Origin: an uncultured Candidatus Rokubacteria bacterium
Lineage (GTDB): Bacteria; Methylomirabilota; Methylomirabilia; Rokubacteriales; CSP1-6
Reading direction: 5' to 3'
DNA: 64,000 bases
Assembly: GCA_963762145.1 (NCBI GenBank)
Contig: CAVXJS010000014.1
Span: 320,001 to 384,000, forward strand
In this document: positions 19,065 through 27,134 of the stretch, in pieces
How the letters are laid out: each line of letters begins with the position of its first letter
Position numbering within the stretch: position 1 is the stretch's first letter
Notes under the pieces: model-generated
Databases searched by the model: none
What the model saw: only the letters and a program-made list of their open reading frames with translations
Told to the model about the DNA's origin: nothing
Program-made: the position numbers and the translations under genes

Positions 19065-19439
19065 ATGGAGCTGGCCGCGAAGCGCTTCGCCGACACCGTC
19101 GCGGTCTTTCCCACGGGACGGATCGATCACGCGAGCGCGGACGCCTTCAAGGCCGCGCTGGCGCCGTACCTGGCCCGCGTCGCATCCGGGCTCGATCGCG
19201 CGGTGATCGACCTGGCCGGCGTGGAGTACATCAGCAGCGTCGGGCTCCGCGTGCTCATGCTCGCGAGCAAGCAAGCCAAGGCCCAGGGCGGGGCTCTCGC
19301 GGTGACGGGTCTGCAGCCGGTGGTGCGCGAGATCTTCGAGATCAGCCGCTTCAACCTGGTCCTGGAGGTCTTTCCCACCCTGCGGGACGCCCTGGCCAAG
19401 CTCTCGCCCGCCGCGCTGGCCGCCTTCGAGTCGGCCTGA
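19065..19439 (+). CDS. STAS-domain anti-sigma-factor antagonist (RsbV/SpoIIAA-like)
   Basis: GRID, DLAGVEYISSVGLRVL, VREIFEIS. Confidence 0.92.
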   Translation: MELAAKRFADTVAVFPTGRIDHASADAFKAALAPYLARVASGLDRAVIDLAGVEYISSVGLRVLMLASKQAKAQGGALAVTGLQPVVREIFEISRFNLVLEVFPTLRDALAKLSPAALAAFESA

Positions 19440-19446
19440 GGGCCGC

Positions 19447-20403
19447 GTGCGCATCCGGTTCTGGGGCACGCGCGGCTCGATCCCGGTCGCGATGACCTCC
19501 GCGGAGGTGCAGCGCAAGCTCGTCACCGCGCTGGTGGCCGCGGCCGGTCGCGGGCTCGACACCGCGGGCAAGGCGCGCGCCTTCGTCGAGACCGAGCTCG
19601 ACTTCTCGGTCTCCCACACCTTCGGGGGCAACTCCTCCTGCGTGCAGATCGAGCCGGACGGCTCCGACTACGTCCTCTGCGATCTGGGGAGCGGCGCGCG
19701 GGCCTTCGGCAACTCGCTCCTCGCCACGCGCGGGCCCTCCGGGCACCGGTTCCACGTCTTCATGTCCCACCTCCACTGGGACCACATCATGGGCTTCCCG
19801 TTCTTCATGCCCGCGTACCTGCCGGGCAATCACGTGACGATCTACGGCTGCCACGACACCCTGGAGGAGGCATTCCGCCGCCAGAATGCCGCGCCGTCAT
19901 TCCCGGTGGATTTCTCTCGGATGGAAGCGCGCATCGAGTTCGTGCGCCTCGAGCCCGAGCGCAACTACGACGTCGCGGGTCTCCGCGTGCGGGCGAAGCG
20001 CCAGCACCACGGCGGCGATTCCTACGGCTACCGCATCGAGCAGCGCGGCAAGGTGGTCGTCTACTCCACCGACTCCGAGCACAAGCAGGACGATCCGGTG
20101 GAGATGGCCGCGTTCGTGGAGTTCTTCCGTGACGCCGACCTGGTGATCTTCGACGCCCAGTACTCGCTCGCGGACGCCATCTCGGTCAAGGAGGACTGGG
20201 GGCACTCGAGCAACGTGGTGGGCGTGGAGATGTGCCAGCTCGCGCGCGCCCGCCGTCTCTGCCTCTATCACCACGAGCCGATCTTCGACGACGAGCGGAT
20301 CGCGCGGCTGCTGGCCGAGACGCGCCGGCTCGAGGAGATCACGCGGACCGACCACCGCGTGGAGGTCTGGGCCGCCTACGACGGCCTGGAGATCGCGCTC
20401 TGA
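19447..20403 (+). CDS. MBL-fold metallo-hydrolase (RNase Z/phosphodiesterase-like, signalling-associated)
   Basis: FWGTRGSIP, GGNSSC, SHLHWDHIMG, TDSEH, WGHS, YHHEP. Confidence 0.9.
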   Translation: MRIRFWGTRGSIPVAMTSAEVQRKLVTALVAAAGRGLDTAGKARAFVETELDFSVSHTFGGNSSCVQIEPDGSDYVLCDLGSGARAFGNSLLATRGPSGHRFHVFMSHLHWDHIMGFPFFMPAYLPGNHVTIYGCHDTLEEAFRRQNAAPSFPVDFSRMEARIEFVRLEPERNYDVAGLRVRAKRQHHGGDSYGYRIEQRGKVVVYSTDSEHKQDDPVEMAAFVEFFRDADLVIFDAQYSLADAISVKEDWGHSSNVVGVEMCQLARARRLCLYHHEPIFDDERIARLLAETRRLEEITRTDHRVEVWAAYDGLEIAL

Positions 20404-20413
20404 GGAGAGCGGC

Positions 20414-22594
20414 CTGAGCAGCGACCCGCCCGACCTTCGGCGCGCGACGGATTCATCGCACTGGGCGGAGCGGCGGTGGGCCCGCGCGCTCCTGGGCGGG
20501 CGGGGCCGGCCGGCCGGCGCGCTGCTCCTGGCCGCGCTCCTGCTCGCGGTGCTGCTGCCCGAGCAGGCGGGTCTCCGCTTGCTGCGCGCGGCCGCCTTCG
20601 ACACCTACCAGAGCTTCTACCCGCGAGTTCCGCGCACGGCCCCGGTGGTCATCGTCGCCATCGACGAGGAAAGCCTGCGCCAGTATGGGCAGTGGCCGTG
20701 GCCCCGAACCTGGCTGGCGCGAATCGTGGGAGTGGTCGCGGCCGCGCGGCCGGCCGCCATCGGCCTGGCCATCCTCATGCCGGAGCCCGACCGCCTCTCG
20801 CCGGCCCGGCTGCCCGATATGGTCGCCGGGATGGACGCCGATACCGCGCAGCGGCTCTCCCGGTTGCGCGGCAACGACACGGTCCTGGCCGAGGCGATTC
20901 GCGGGCGACCGGTGGTGCTCGGCATCGCCGGCCTCGAGGGCCGCCCGCCGGAGGCGACGACCGAGGTCCGTCACGCGCCGGTCCGCTCGATCGGCGGCGA
21001 TCCCGCGCCCTTCCTCCGTCGCTTCGAGGCCGCGCTGCACAGCGTGGACGAGATCGACCGCGCCGCGGCCGGCCACGGCCTGACCAGCGTGGATCTGGAG
21101 CGTGGGGTGGTGCGGCGGGTTCCCCTGCTGGCCAATGTGGCCGGCAGCCTGGTTCCGTCTCTCGGTCTCGAGATGCTCCGGGTGGGGGAAGGCGGGTCGC
21201 CGGTCTCGGTGCGTGTCTCGGCCGCGGGCATCGAGACGGTGGCGGTGGGCGCCTTCGTTGCTCCCAGCGACCCGGATGGCAGCGCGTGGATCCACTATAC
21301 GCGGCACGATCCCGATCGCTTCGTGTCGGCGGCCGACGTGCTCGCGGCCCAGGCGGATCCGAGCCTCTTCCAGGGCCGCCTGGTGCTGATCGGCGTGACC
21401 GCGCTCGGGTTGTCGGATCATCTGGCGACGCCGGTGGGTGAGCACATGTCGGGAGTGGAGGTCCACGCCCAGTTTCTCGAGAACGTCGTGGAGGGATCGC
21501 TGCTCTCGCGTCCCCGGCTCGTCCGGTGGATCGAGATCGGCTGGCTGCTGGCCGGCGGGCTGCTCCTCATCGTGCTGGTGCCGCGGCTGTCCGCCCGCGC
21601 GTCGGTGGGGCTCCTCGCCGTCCTGGTCGCGGCGATGGCGGGGCTCGGGCTCCTGTTCTATCTGAAGATGGGCGTCCTCCTGGATGCGGCCACCCCTTCG
21701 GTGGCGCTCGCCATCCTGTTCGCCATGATGCTCGTGGCCACTCTCACCGAGACTCAGACACAGCGGCGCGCCCTGCGCCGCCAGGTGGAGCTGCAGCGTG
21801 AGGCGGCCGCGCGGCTGGCGGGCGAGCTGGAGGCCGCGCGCCGCATCCAGATGGGCACGCTCCCGGCCCCCGCGGCCGCCTTTCCGGGGGAGACGCGCTT
21901 CGAGCTCTTCGCGATGCTGGAGCCCGCGCGTGAGGTAGGCGGCGATCTCTACGACTTCTTCCTTCTAGATGGCGATCATCTCTTCTTCATGATCGGCGAC
22001 GTCTCGGGCAAGGGTCTGCCCGGCAGCCTCTTCATGGCGATCAGCAAGGCGCTCTACAAGAGCACCGCGCTGCGTCGGCACGGCCAGGTGGCGGCCATGA
22101 TGCGCGAGGCCAACGCGGAGATCTCGCGCGACAATACGGAAGATTACTTCGTGACGGTCCTGGCCGGCATCCTGGACGCCCGCACCGGCGCGCTCGAGTA
22201 CTGCCGCGCGGGCCACGAGCCGCCGCTGCTGCTGCCGCACGGCGCCCGCGCGCTCCTGAGCCTGGACGAGGGCGGGGGCCCGCCGCTCTGCTCGGTGGAC
22301 GGGTATGCCTACGAGCCGGCCACCCGCCGGCTCGAGCCCGGTGACACGCTGTGCCTGTTCACCGACGGGATCACGGAGGCGGCAGGCCCCGATGGGCAGC
22401 TCTACGGGCGGGCGCGGCTCCACGCGCTGCTGGGCCGCCTGGGCCGGGCGGCGACCGCAGCCGGGGTGGGCGAGGCGATTCGCCGCGACCTCGCCGCCTT
22501 CACCGGCGGCGCCGAGCCCTACGACGACATGGCGGTCCTGATCATCCGCTACACCGGCACTCTCCCTCTCCCCCATGGGGAGAGGGCAGGGTGA
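20414..22594 (+). CDS. CHASE2 sensor - PP2C/SpoIIE (RsbU-like) phosphatase
   Basis: IVAIDEESL..GQWPWPR, SGVEVHAQ, three TMs, VGGDLYDF, GDVSGKG, FTDGITEA, DDMA; probable CTG start at 20414 after SD GAGGAG. Confidence 0.9.
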   Translation: MSSDPPDLRRATDSSHWAERRWARALLGGRGRPAGALLLAALLLAVLLPEQAGLRLLRAAAFDTYQSFYPRVPRTAPVVIVAIDEESLRQYGQWPWPRTWLARIVGVVAAARPAAIGLAILMPEPDRLSPARLPDMVAGMDADTAQRLSRLRGNDTVLAEAIRGRPVVLGIAGLEGRPPEATTEVRHAPVRSIGGDPAPFLRRFEAALHSVDEIDRAAAGHGLTSVDLERGVVRRVPLLANVAGSLVPSLGLEMLRVGEGGSPVSVRVSAAGIETVAVGAFVAPSDPDGSAWIHYTRHDPDRFVSAADVLAAQADPSLFQGRLVLIGVTALGLSDHLATPVGEHMSGVEVHAQFLENVVEGSLLSRPRLVRWIEIGWLLAGGLLLIVLVPRLSARASVGLLAVLVAAMAGLGLLFYLKMGVLLDAATPSVALAILFAMMLVATLTETQTQRRALRRQVELQREAAARLAGELEAARRIQMGTLPAPAAAFPGETRFELFAMLEPAREVGGDLYDFFLLDGDHLFFMIGDVSGKGLPGSLFMAISKALYKSTALRRHGQVAAMMREANAEISRDNTEDYFVTVLAGILDARTGALEYCRAGHEPPLLLPHGARALLSLDEGGGPPLCSVDGYAYEPATRRLEPGDTLCLFTDGITEAAGPDGQLYGRARLHALLGRLGRAATAAGVGEAIRRDLAAFTGGAEPYDDMAVLIIRYTGTLPLPHGERAG

Positions 22595-22630
22595 GGGGCG
22601 GCAGGGTGAGGGGCAGCAGGGTGAGGGGCG
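22564..22630. repeat. CCCTCTCCC..GGGAGAGGG palindromic repeat plus three 15-bp tandem units
   Basis: CCCTCTCCCCCATGGGGAGAGGG then (GCAGGGTGAGGGGCR)x3. Confidence 0.85.
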
Positions 22631-22633
22631 GCC

Positions 22634-23233
22634 CTACCGGACGATGATCTCGACGCGCCGGTTCCGCGGCTCCGGCACCTCGTCTGCGGTGGGCACCAGC
22701 GGCTCGCGCTCCCCGCGCCCCGCCACTCGAATGCGGTCGGCCGCGATGCCGACCTTCCCGAGCTCGTCGCGCACCCGCTCGGCGCGCCGGAGCGAGAGCG
22801 TGTCGTTGTAGGGCACCGCACCGACCCGGTCGGTGTGGCCGATGACGAGGATCTCCGGCGCAGGCCGCCGGGCGATCTCGTCCACGATGCGGCTGAGGAG
22901 CAGCCGGGAGTCCGGGGTCAGCTCGTCCCGGGCCTCGAGGAAGTAGAGGACGAAGGAGGTCGGCCGCGGCGGCTGCGCGTCCAGGGCGGCGCCGAAGGCC
23001 TTGCGGGTCTCCTGCTCAGTTGTCGAGCCTGCCGTCACGCGGCCCGGCTCCGTCACGCGCGCGGAGGCATAGGGCTGGTCGAGGACGGTCTGCTGCCCGC
23101 CGCTCTCCACGCCGAGCGCGCCGGTCTTGCCGTCCTTGTCCGGCACGAGCACGTAGAGATCGTCGCGCATGGGCTTGGCGCAGCCCACCAGGAGGAGCAC
23201 CGCGAGCACCAGGAGAGCGACCCGGCTGGCCAT
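22634..23233 (-). CDS. OmpA-family lipoprotein
   Basis: Lipobox LVG/C; GHTDRVG..YNDTLSLRRA; NRRVEI. Confidence 0.9.
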   Translation of the reverse strand: MASRVALLVLAVLLLVGCAKPMRDDLYVLVPDKDGKTGALGVESGGQQTVLDQPYASARVTEPGRVTAGSTTEQETRKAFGAALDAQPPRPTSFVLYFLEARDELTPDSRLLLSRIVDEIARRPAPEILVIGHTDRVGAVPYNDTLSLRRAERVRDELGKVGIAADRIRVAGRGEREPLVPTADEVPEPRNRRVEIIVR

Positions 23234-23265
23234 CGTCAACAGAGCGATGAAGGGGGCGCCGCGCG

Positions 23266-23718
23266 TCAGTTCTTCGGGTCGCCGGTGCGGACGAGGAACT
23301 CGGTGCCGCGCACGCCCAGCACCGCCGCGGGTGTCTTCACCTTCATGGCGTCCGGGGATTGCTTGGCGAGCTTGCCGGACACGACGGCGAGCGTGCCCTT
23401 CTGCAGCGAGCTCTCGAAGGAGCCCTGGTGCGTGGTCGAGTCGAACGCGAATCGATCGATCGCCAGCACGCTGTTGGGCCCGGCGGACAGCAGGCTGTTG
23501 TCGAGGAAGGTGATCCCCACCGAGCCATCGGCTCCGGTCACCACCACGTCTCCGGCCTGAACCATCGCGCCCAGCGTGGCCGGTATCTTCTGCCCGCCGC
23601 GCTCGATCTGCACCGAGCCCTTGGCCACCTTGACGTGCCCGGCCTCCTGCGCCAGCGCCGGCGCCGCCCCGAGCGCCGCCGCCATCACCACGACCAGCGA
23701 GAGAGTCATGCGATTCAT
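23266..23718 (-). CDS. Secreted FecR-domain protein
   Basis: Signal peptide; GDVVVTGADGSVGITFLDNS, VKTPAAVLGVRGTEF. Confidence 0.88.
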   Translation of the reverse strand: MNRMTLSLVVVMAAALGAAPALAQEAGHVKVAKGSVQIERGGQKIPATLGAMVQAGDVVVTGADGSVGITFLDNSLLSAGPNSVLAIDRFAFDSTTHQGSFESSLQKGTLAVVSGKLAKQSPDAMKVKTPAAVLGVRGTEFLVRTGDPKN

Positions 23719-23876
23719 ACCGTCTCCTTCGACTACGCGGGATCGAGCGCCCGGCCGCATCCGGCCGAGAGCGCCTCATCATAGCGCAAAGCGTCGAGCC
23801 CGTCGGCGGGGAAGTCCCGGGCGGTCTCCCGCGCGGGCTGTGTAAGATTGGACCCGCAGCCGAGGAGGAAACGCGC

Positions 23877-24242
23877 GTGAACGAGGTGTACCCTGAGCTT
23901 CTGTTTTCCTACGGCACGCTGCAGCTCGAGGCGGTGCAGATGGCGACGTTCGGTCGGCGAATGGCGGGTACCCCCGATGCCTTGCTCAGGTTCGAGGCGG
24001 TGCCGCTCGAGATCGAGGACGAAGCGGTCATCGGGATCAGCGGAAAGGCGCAGCACACCATGGCCACATTCACCGGGCGCGCCTCCGACGTCATATCCGG
24101 GGCGGTATTCGCGGTCACGCCGGACGAGCTTCGGCATGCCGACACGTACGAGGTGGCGGCGGTCAAGCGCGTGGCCGTCGTTCTCCGATCGGGAGTGCGT
24201 GCGTGGGCCTACGTCGATGCCCGATATCAACCTGACAGGTGA
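23877..24242 (+). CDS. Gamma-glutamylcyclotransferase (AIG2-like) family protein
   Basis: LFSYGTL, ADTYE, AWAYV; SD GAGGAGG. Confidence 0.85.
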   Translation: MNEVYPELLFSYGTLQLEAVQMATFGRRMAGTPDALLRFEAVPLEIEDEAVIGISGKAQHTMATFTGRASDVISGAVFAVTPDELRHADTYEVAAVKRVAVVLRSGVRAWAYVDARYQPDR

Positions 24243-24254
24243 GGAGGGGCGCGC

Positions 24255-24533
24255 ATGTGCCGAAACATCAAGACGTTGCACAACTTCACGCCGCCGGCCA
24301 CGGACGAGGAGATCCGCGCGTCGTCCCTGCAGTTCGTCCGGAAGCTGAGCGGCTTCTCGAAGCCGTCCCGGGCCAACGAGCCCGCGTTCAACCGGGCGGT
24401 GGACGAGGTGACGCGGGCGGCCCGGGCTCTGATCGATGCGCTCGTCACCAACGCGCCGCCTCGCGATCGCGAGGCGGAGGCGGCGAAGGCTCGCGCGAAG
24501 GGGGCGGCCCGCTTCCGCGTGGGCGGAGCCTGA
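24255..24533 (+). CDS. DUF2277-family protein
   Basis: MCRNIKTLHNFTPPATDEEIRASSLQFVRKLSGF. Confidence 0.9.
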   Translation: MCRNIKTLHNFTPPATDEEIRASSLQFVRKLSGFSKPSRANEPAFNRAVDEVTRAARALIDALVTNAPPRDREAEAAKARAKGAARFRVGGA

Positions 24534-24633
24534 GCGGTGTTCGCCCGGCCTGTCGATCCGGAGATGACTCGATCGACTAGCTGGTGAGGGCGGTGCGGTC
24601 CGGCCGAAAATGACCCTCGAAGGGAGGACTGCC

Positions 24634-25134
24634 ATGCCGGTCAGCCAGAGAATCACCCCCTGTCTGTGGTTCGACGATCAGGCCGAGGAAGCGGTGGCGT
24701 TCTATACCGGAATCTTCAAGAGCTCGAAGATCGTGGCGGTGTCCCGGTACGGGGAAGCCGGCAAGGAGATCCACGGAAGGCCGGCGGGATCCGTGATGAC
24801 CGTCGCCTTCGAGCTGGATGGACAGACGTTCACCGCGCTCAACGGCGGGCCGGTCTTCAAGTTCAACGAGGCCCTTTCGCTCCAGGTCAATTGCGAGACG
24901 CAAGCCGAGGTCGACCACTTCTGGACGAAGCTGTCCGCGGGCGGGGATCCGGGCGCCCAGCAGTGCGGCTGGCTCAAGGATCGGTACGGCGTCTCCTGGC
25001 AGATCGTCCCGCGCGTGCTGGTCGAGCTGCTCATGGATCCCGATGCGGCGAAATCTCAGCGAGTCATGACCGCGATGCTGCGGATGAAGAAGATCGACAT
25101 CGCGGAGCTCAAGCGGGCTCACGCCGGTGAGTGA
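24634..25134 (+). CDS. VOC/PhnB-like (3-demethylubiquinone-9 3-methyltransferase family) protein
   Basis: ITPCLWFDDQAEEA, ALNGGP, CGWLKDRYGVSWQIVP. Confidence 0.92.
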   Translation: MPVSQRITPCLWFDDQAEEAVAFYTGIFKSSKIVAVSRYGEAGKEIHGRPAGSVMTVAFELDGQTFTALNGGPVFKFNEALSLQVNCETQAEVDHFWTKLSAGGDPGAQQCGWLKDRYGVSWQIVPRVLVELLMDPDAAKSQRVMTAMLRMKKIDIAELKRAHAGE

Positions 25135-25369
25135 CGAGAACGGAGAGCGGCTCCCGACCAACTTCTGGGATGAATCCTTCCGCCTGCAGGTGGACGGGAT
25201 CCCGAGCGTGCCGGTCGGCAATCTCAACAAGCTGGTTCCGGCCCAGAGCGCGGCAGAGGGTGTGGTCGAGTTCGTCATCCCCGCGGCGGCGCAGGCGGTC
25301 GTACTCGTGCGGCAGGCGGACGAATCGACCGAGGTTGCCGTGGACCTCTCGGGCAAGCCGCGTGGGTGA
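25127..25369 (+). pseudogene. Probable C-terminal fragment of a beta-sandwich domain protein
   Basis: NFWDESFRLQVDG..EGVVEFVIP alternating strands, no leader; looks truncated. Confidence 0.4.
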
Positions 25370-25574
25370 CGTCACAGTCACCACCTTCGGCGTCCTGGCC
25401 CTGCTCGGGTTCGTGCTCGCCGGGGTCGGGGCCGTTCGCGGCGCACGCGTCCCCCTCGTGGCCGGCGCCGGGCTCCTGCTGGCCCTCGCGGGCGCGTGGG
25501 TGGTTGGCCTGCCCGGCGTCGCGCTGGGCCTGGTCGCGCTCGTCTTCCGGAGGCGCCGGCCCTCCGGCGCCTGA
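25362..25574 (+). CDS. Small membrane protein
   Basis: About 70 aa, almost entirely hydrophobic, basic C-terminus. Confidence 0.55.
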   Translation: MGDVTVTTFGVLALLGFVLAGVGAVRGARVPLVAGAGLLLALAGAWVVGLPGVALGLVALVFRRRRPSGA

Positions 25575-25583
25575 CCTCTCCGC

Positions 25584-26585
25584 CTACTGGACCACTTCGT
25601 CAGCGCGGACCAGCAGCGAGGGTGGCATCGTCAATCCCAGCGTCGCCGCCGTCTTGAGGTTGACGGCGAGGATATACGTCGTCGGCTGCTGCGCCGGGAG
25701 GTCGGCCGGCTTCACCCCCTTGAGGATGCGATCGACGTATACGGCGGCCTGACGAAAGCTGTCTTCGATGCTGGGCCCGTACGACATCAGGCCGCCCTCA
25801 CGGACGAGGAGGTCGGTTTCATACATGGCGGGAATGCGCTGCGTCGCTGCGAATTCGATGAAGCGTTTACGATTCACGTTCGTGAGCGCATCCGCCACCA
25901 GGAACATGGCGTCCGGCCGCTGCCGCGCCATTGTGGTGAACGCTCCGTCGAAATCATCCGGCTCGCGCACGCCGTGCGCCTGCACCTCCACCTGGAGGAT
26001 GCGCGCCGCCTTCTCGATCTCCCGGTAGCGCAGCGTCATCCCCTGATCGTTCGTGTTCCAGAAGACCGCGATCCGGGTCGCCTTCGGGACCGCTTCCTTG
26101 AGGAGCTCCATCCGCTTGGCGCTGAGCTGGACCGACTCGTCGGTCAGGCCGGTGATGTTCTGGCCCGGGCGCGCAAGGCTCGCGATTATCCCGGTGGCCA
26201 CGGCGTCGCCCGAGGCAGGCGCCATGACGATCGGAATGGTCGAAGTGGCCTGCTTCGCCGCCGCAGTCGACGCGCCTCCCTGCGTCACGAGGACATCGAC
26301 CCTGAGGCGTACGAGCTCCGCCGCCATGTCGGGAAGCCGTTCGACCTTGGCCTCCGCAAAGCGCGCCTCGTACACGATGTTCTGACCCTCGACATAGCCG
26401 AGTCCTCGCAACATCTCGCGAAGCGGGCGGGGCGGCGCGCCGTCGGGCGTGCGCCCGGCCGCCGACAAGTGACCGACGCGAAATACCTTCTGAGCCGGCT
26501 GCGAGGCCGCCAGGAACGGCACGGCGAGCGTGCCCACCGCGACGGAGGCGATCAGCGTGAGCCGCGCGATACGGGAATTCAGCAT
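25584..26585 (-). CDS. Orphan ABC substrate-binding protein (putative Trp/Tyr-binding family)
   Basis: GYVEGQNI, SLARPGQNITG, GGLMSYG, PADLPAQQPT, LLVRADEVVQ. Confidence 0.9.
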   Translation of the reverse strand: MLNSRIARLTLIASVAVGTLAVPFLAASQPAQKVFRVGHLSAAGRTPDGAPPRPLREMLRGLGYVEGQNIVYEARFAEAKVERLPDMAAELVRLRVDVLVTQGGASTAAAKQATSTIPIVMAPASGDAVATGIIASLARPGQNITGLTDESVQLSAKRMELLKEAVPKATRIAVFWNTNDQGMTLRYREIEKAARILQVEVQAHGVREPDDFDGAFTTMARQRPDAMFLVADALTNVNRKRFIEFAATQRIPAMYETDLLVREGGLMSYGPSIEDSFRQAAVYVDRILKGVKPADLPAQQPTTYILAVNLKTAATLGLTMPPSLLVRADEVVQ

Positions 26586-26668
26586 GACGTGATGTCCCTC
26601 CCACGACGACGTTCCTTTATGGCTCTTCGGAGCGTTGACGCGCTTCTGGCGGCCCTTACAATAGCCCA

Positions 26669-27091
26669 GTGAGCGGCCCTCGACACCATCGGATCTTTCC
26701 GGCTCGCCGCGACGCCCTGCCGCAGGTCGAGGCGTTTCTCGCCGAGGTGTGCGCGGCGGCCGGGCTCGACCGGGTGATGTGCCTTCGGGTCACGCTCCTG
26801 GTGGAGGAGCTCTTCACCAACACGGTGGTGCACGGGCACGGGACGGACAGCGATGCGCCGGTCCGGCTCGACTGCGACGTGGCGCCCGGCCGCGTCACGC
26901 TCGTCTACGAGGACACCGGCCCGCCCCACGATCCGTTCGCGGCGGTGGCGAGCCCCGATCCGGCCGTGGACGTGCAGGACCGTCCGGTGGGCGGGCTCGG
27001 GGTGCTCCTCGTCGCCGCCATGGCCCGGCAGTTCGAATACCGACGGGCGGACGACCGGAATCGCATCTCGCTCGTGTTCGGCCCCGCCTAG
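26669..27091 (+). CDS. RsbW/SpoIIAB-like anti-sigma-factor Ser kinase (HATPase)
   Basis: EELFTNTVVHG, EDTGPPHDPF, RPVGGLG. Confidence 0.88.
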   Translation: MSGPRHHRIFPARRDALPQVEAFLAEVCAAAGLDRVMCLRVTLLVEELFTNTVVHGHGTDSDAPVRLDCDVAPGRVTLVYEDTGPPHDPFAAVASPDPAVDVQDRPVGGLGVLLVAAMARQFEYRRADDRNRISLVFGPA

Positions 27092-27134
27092 GCATCCCCC
27101 GCGCTCCCTGCTACCATCCCCGCGGAGGTCCCCC

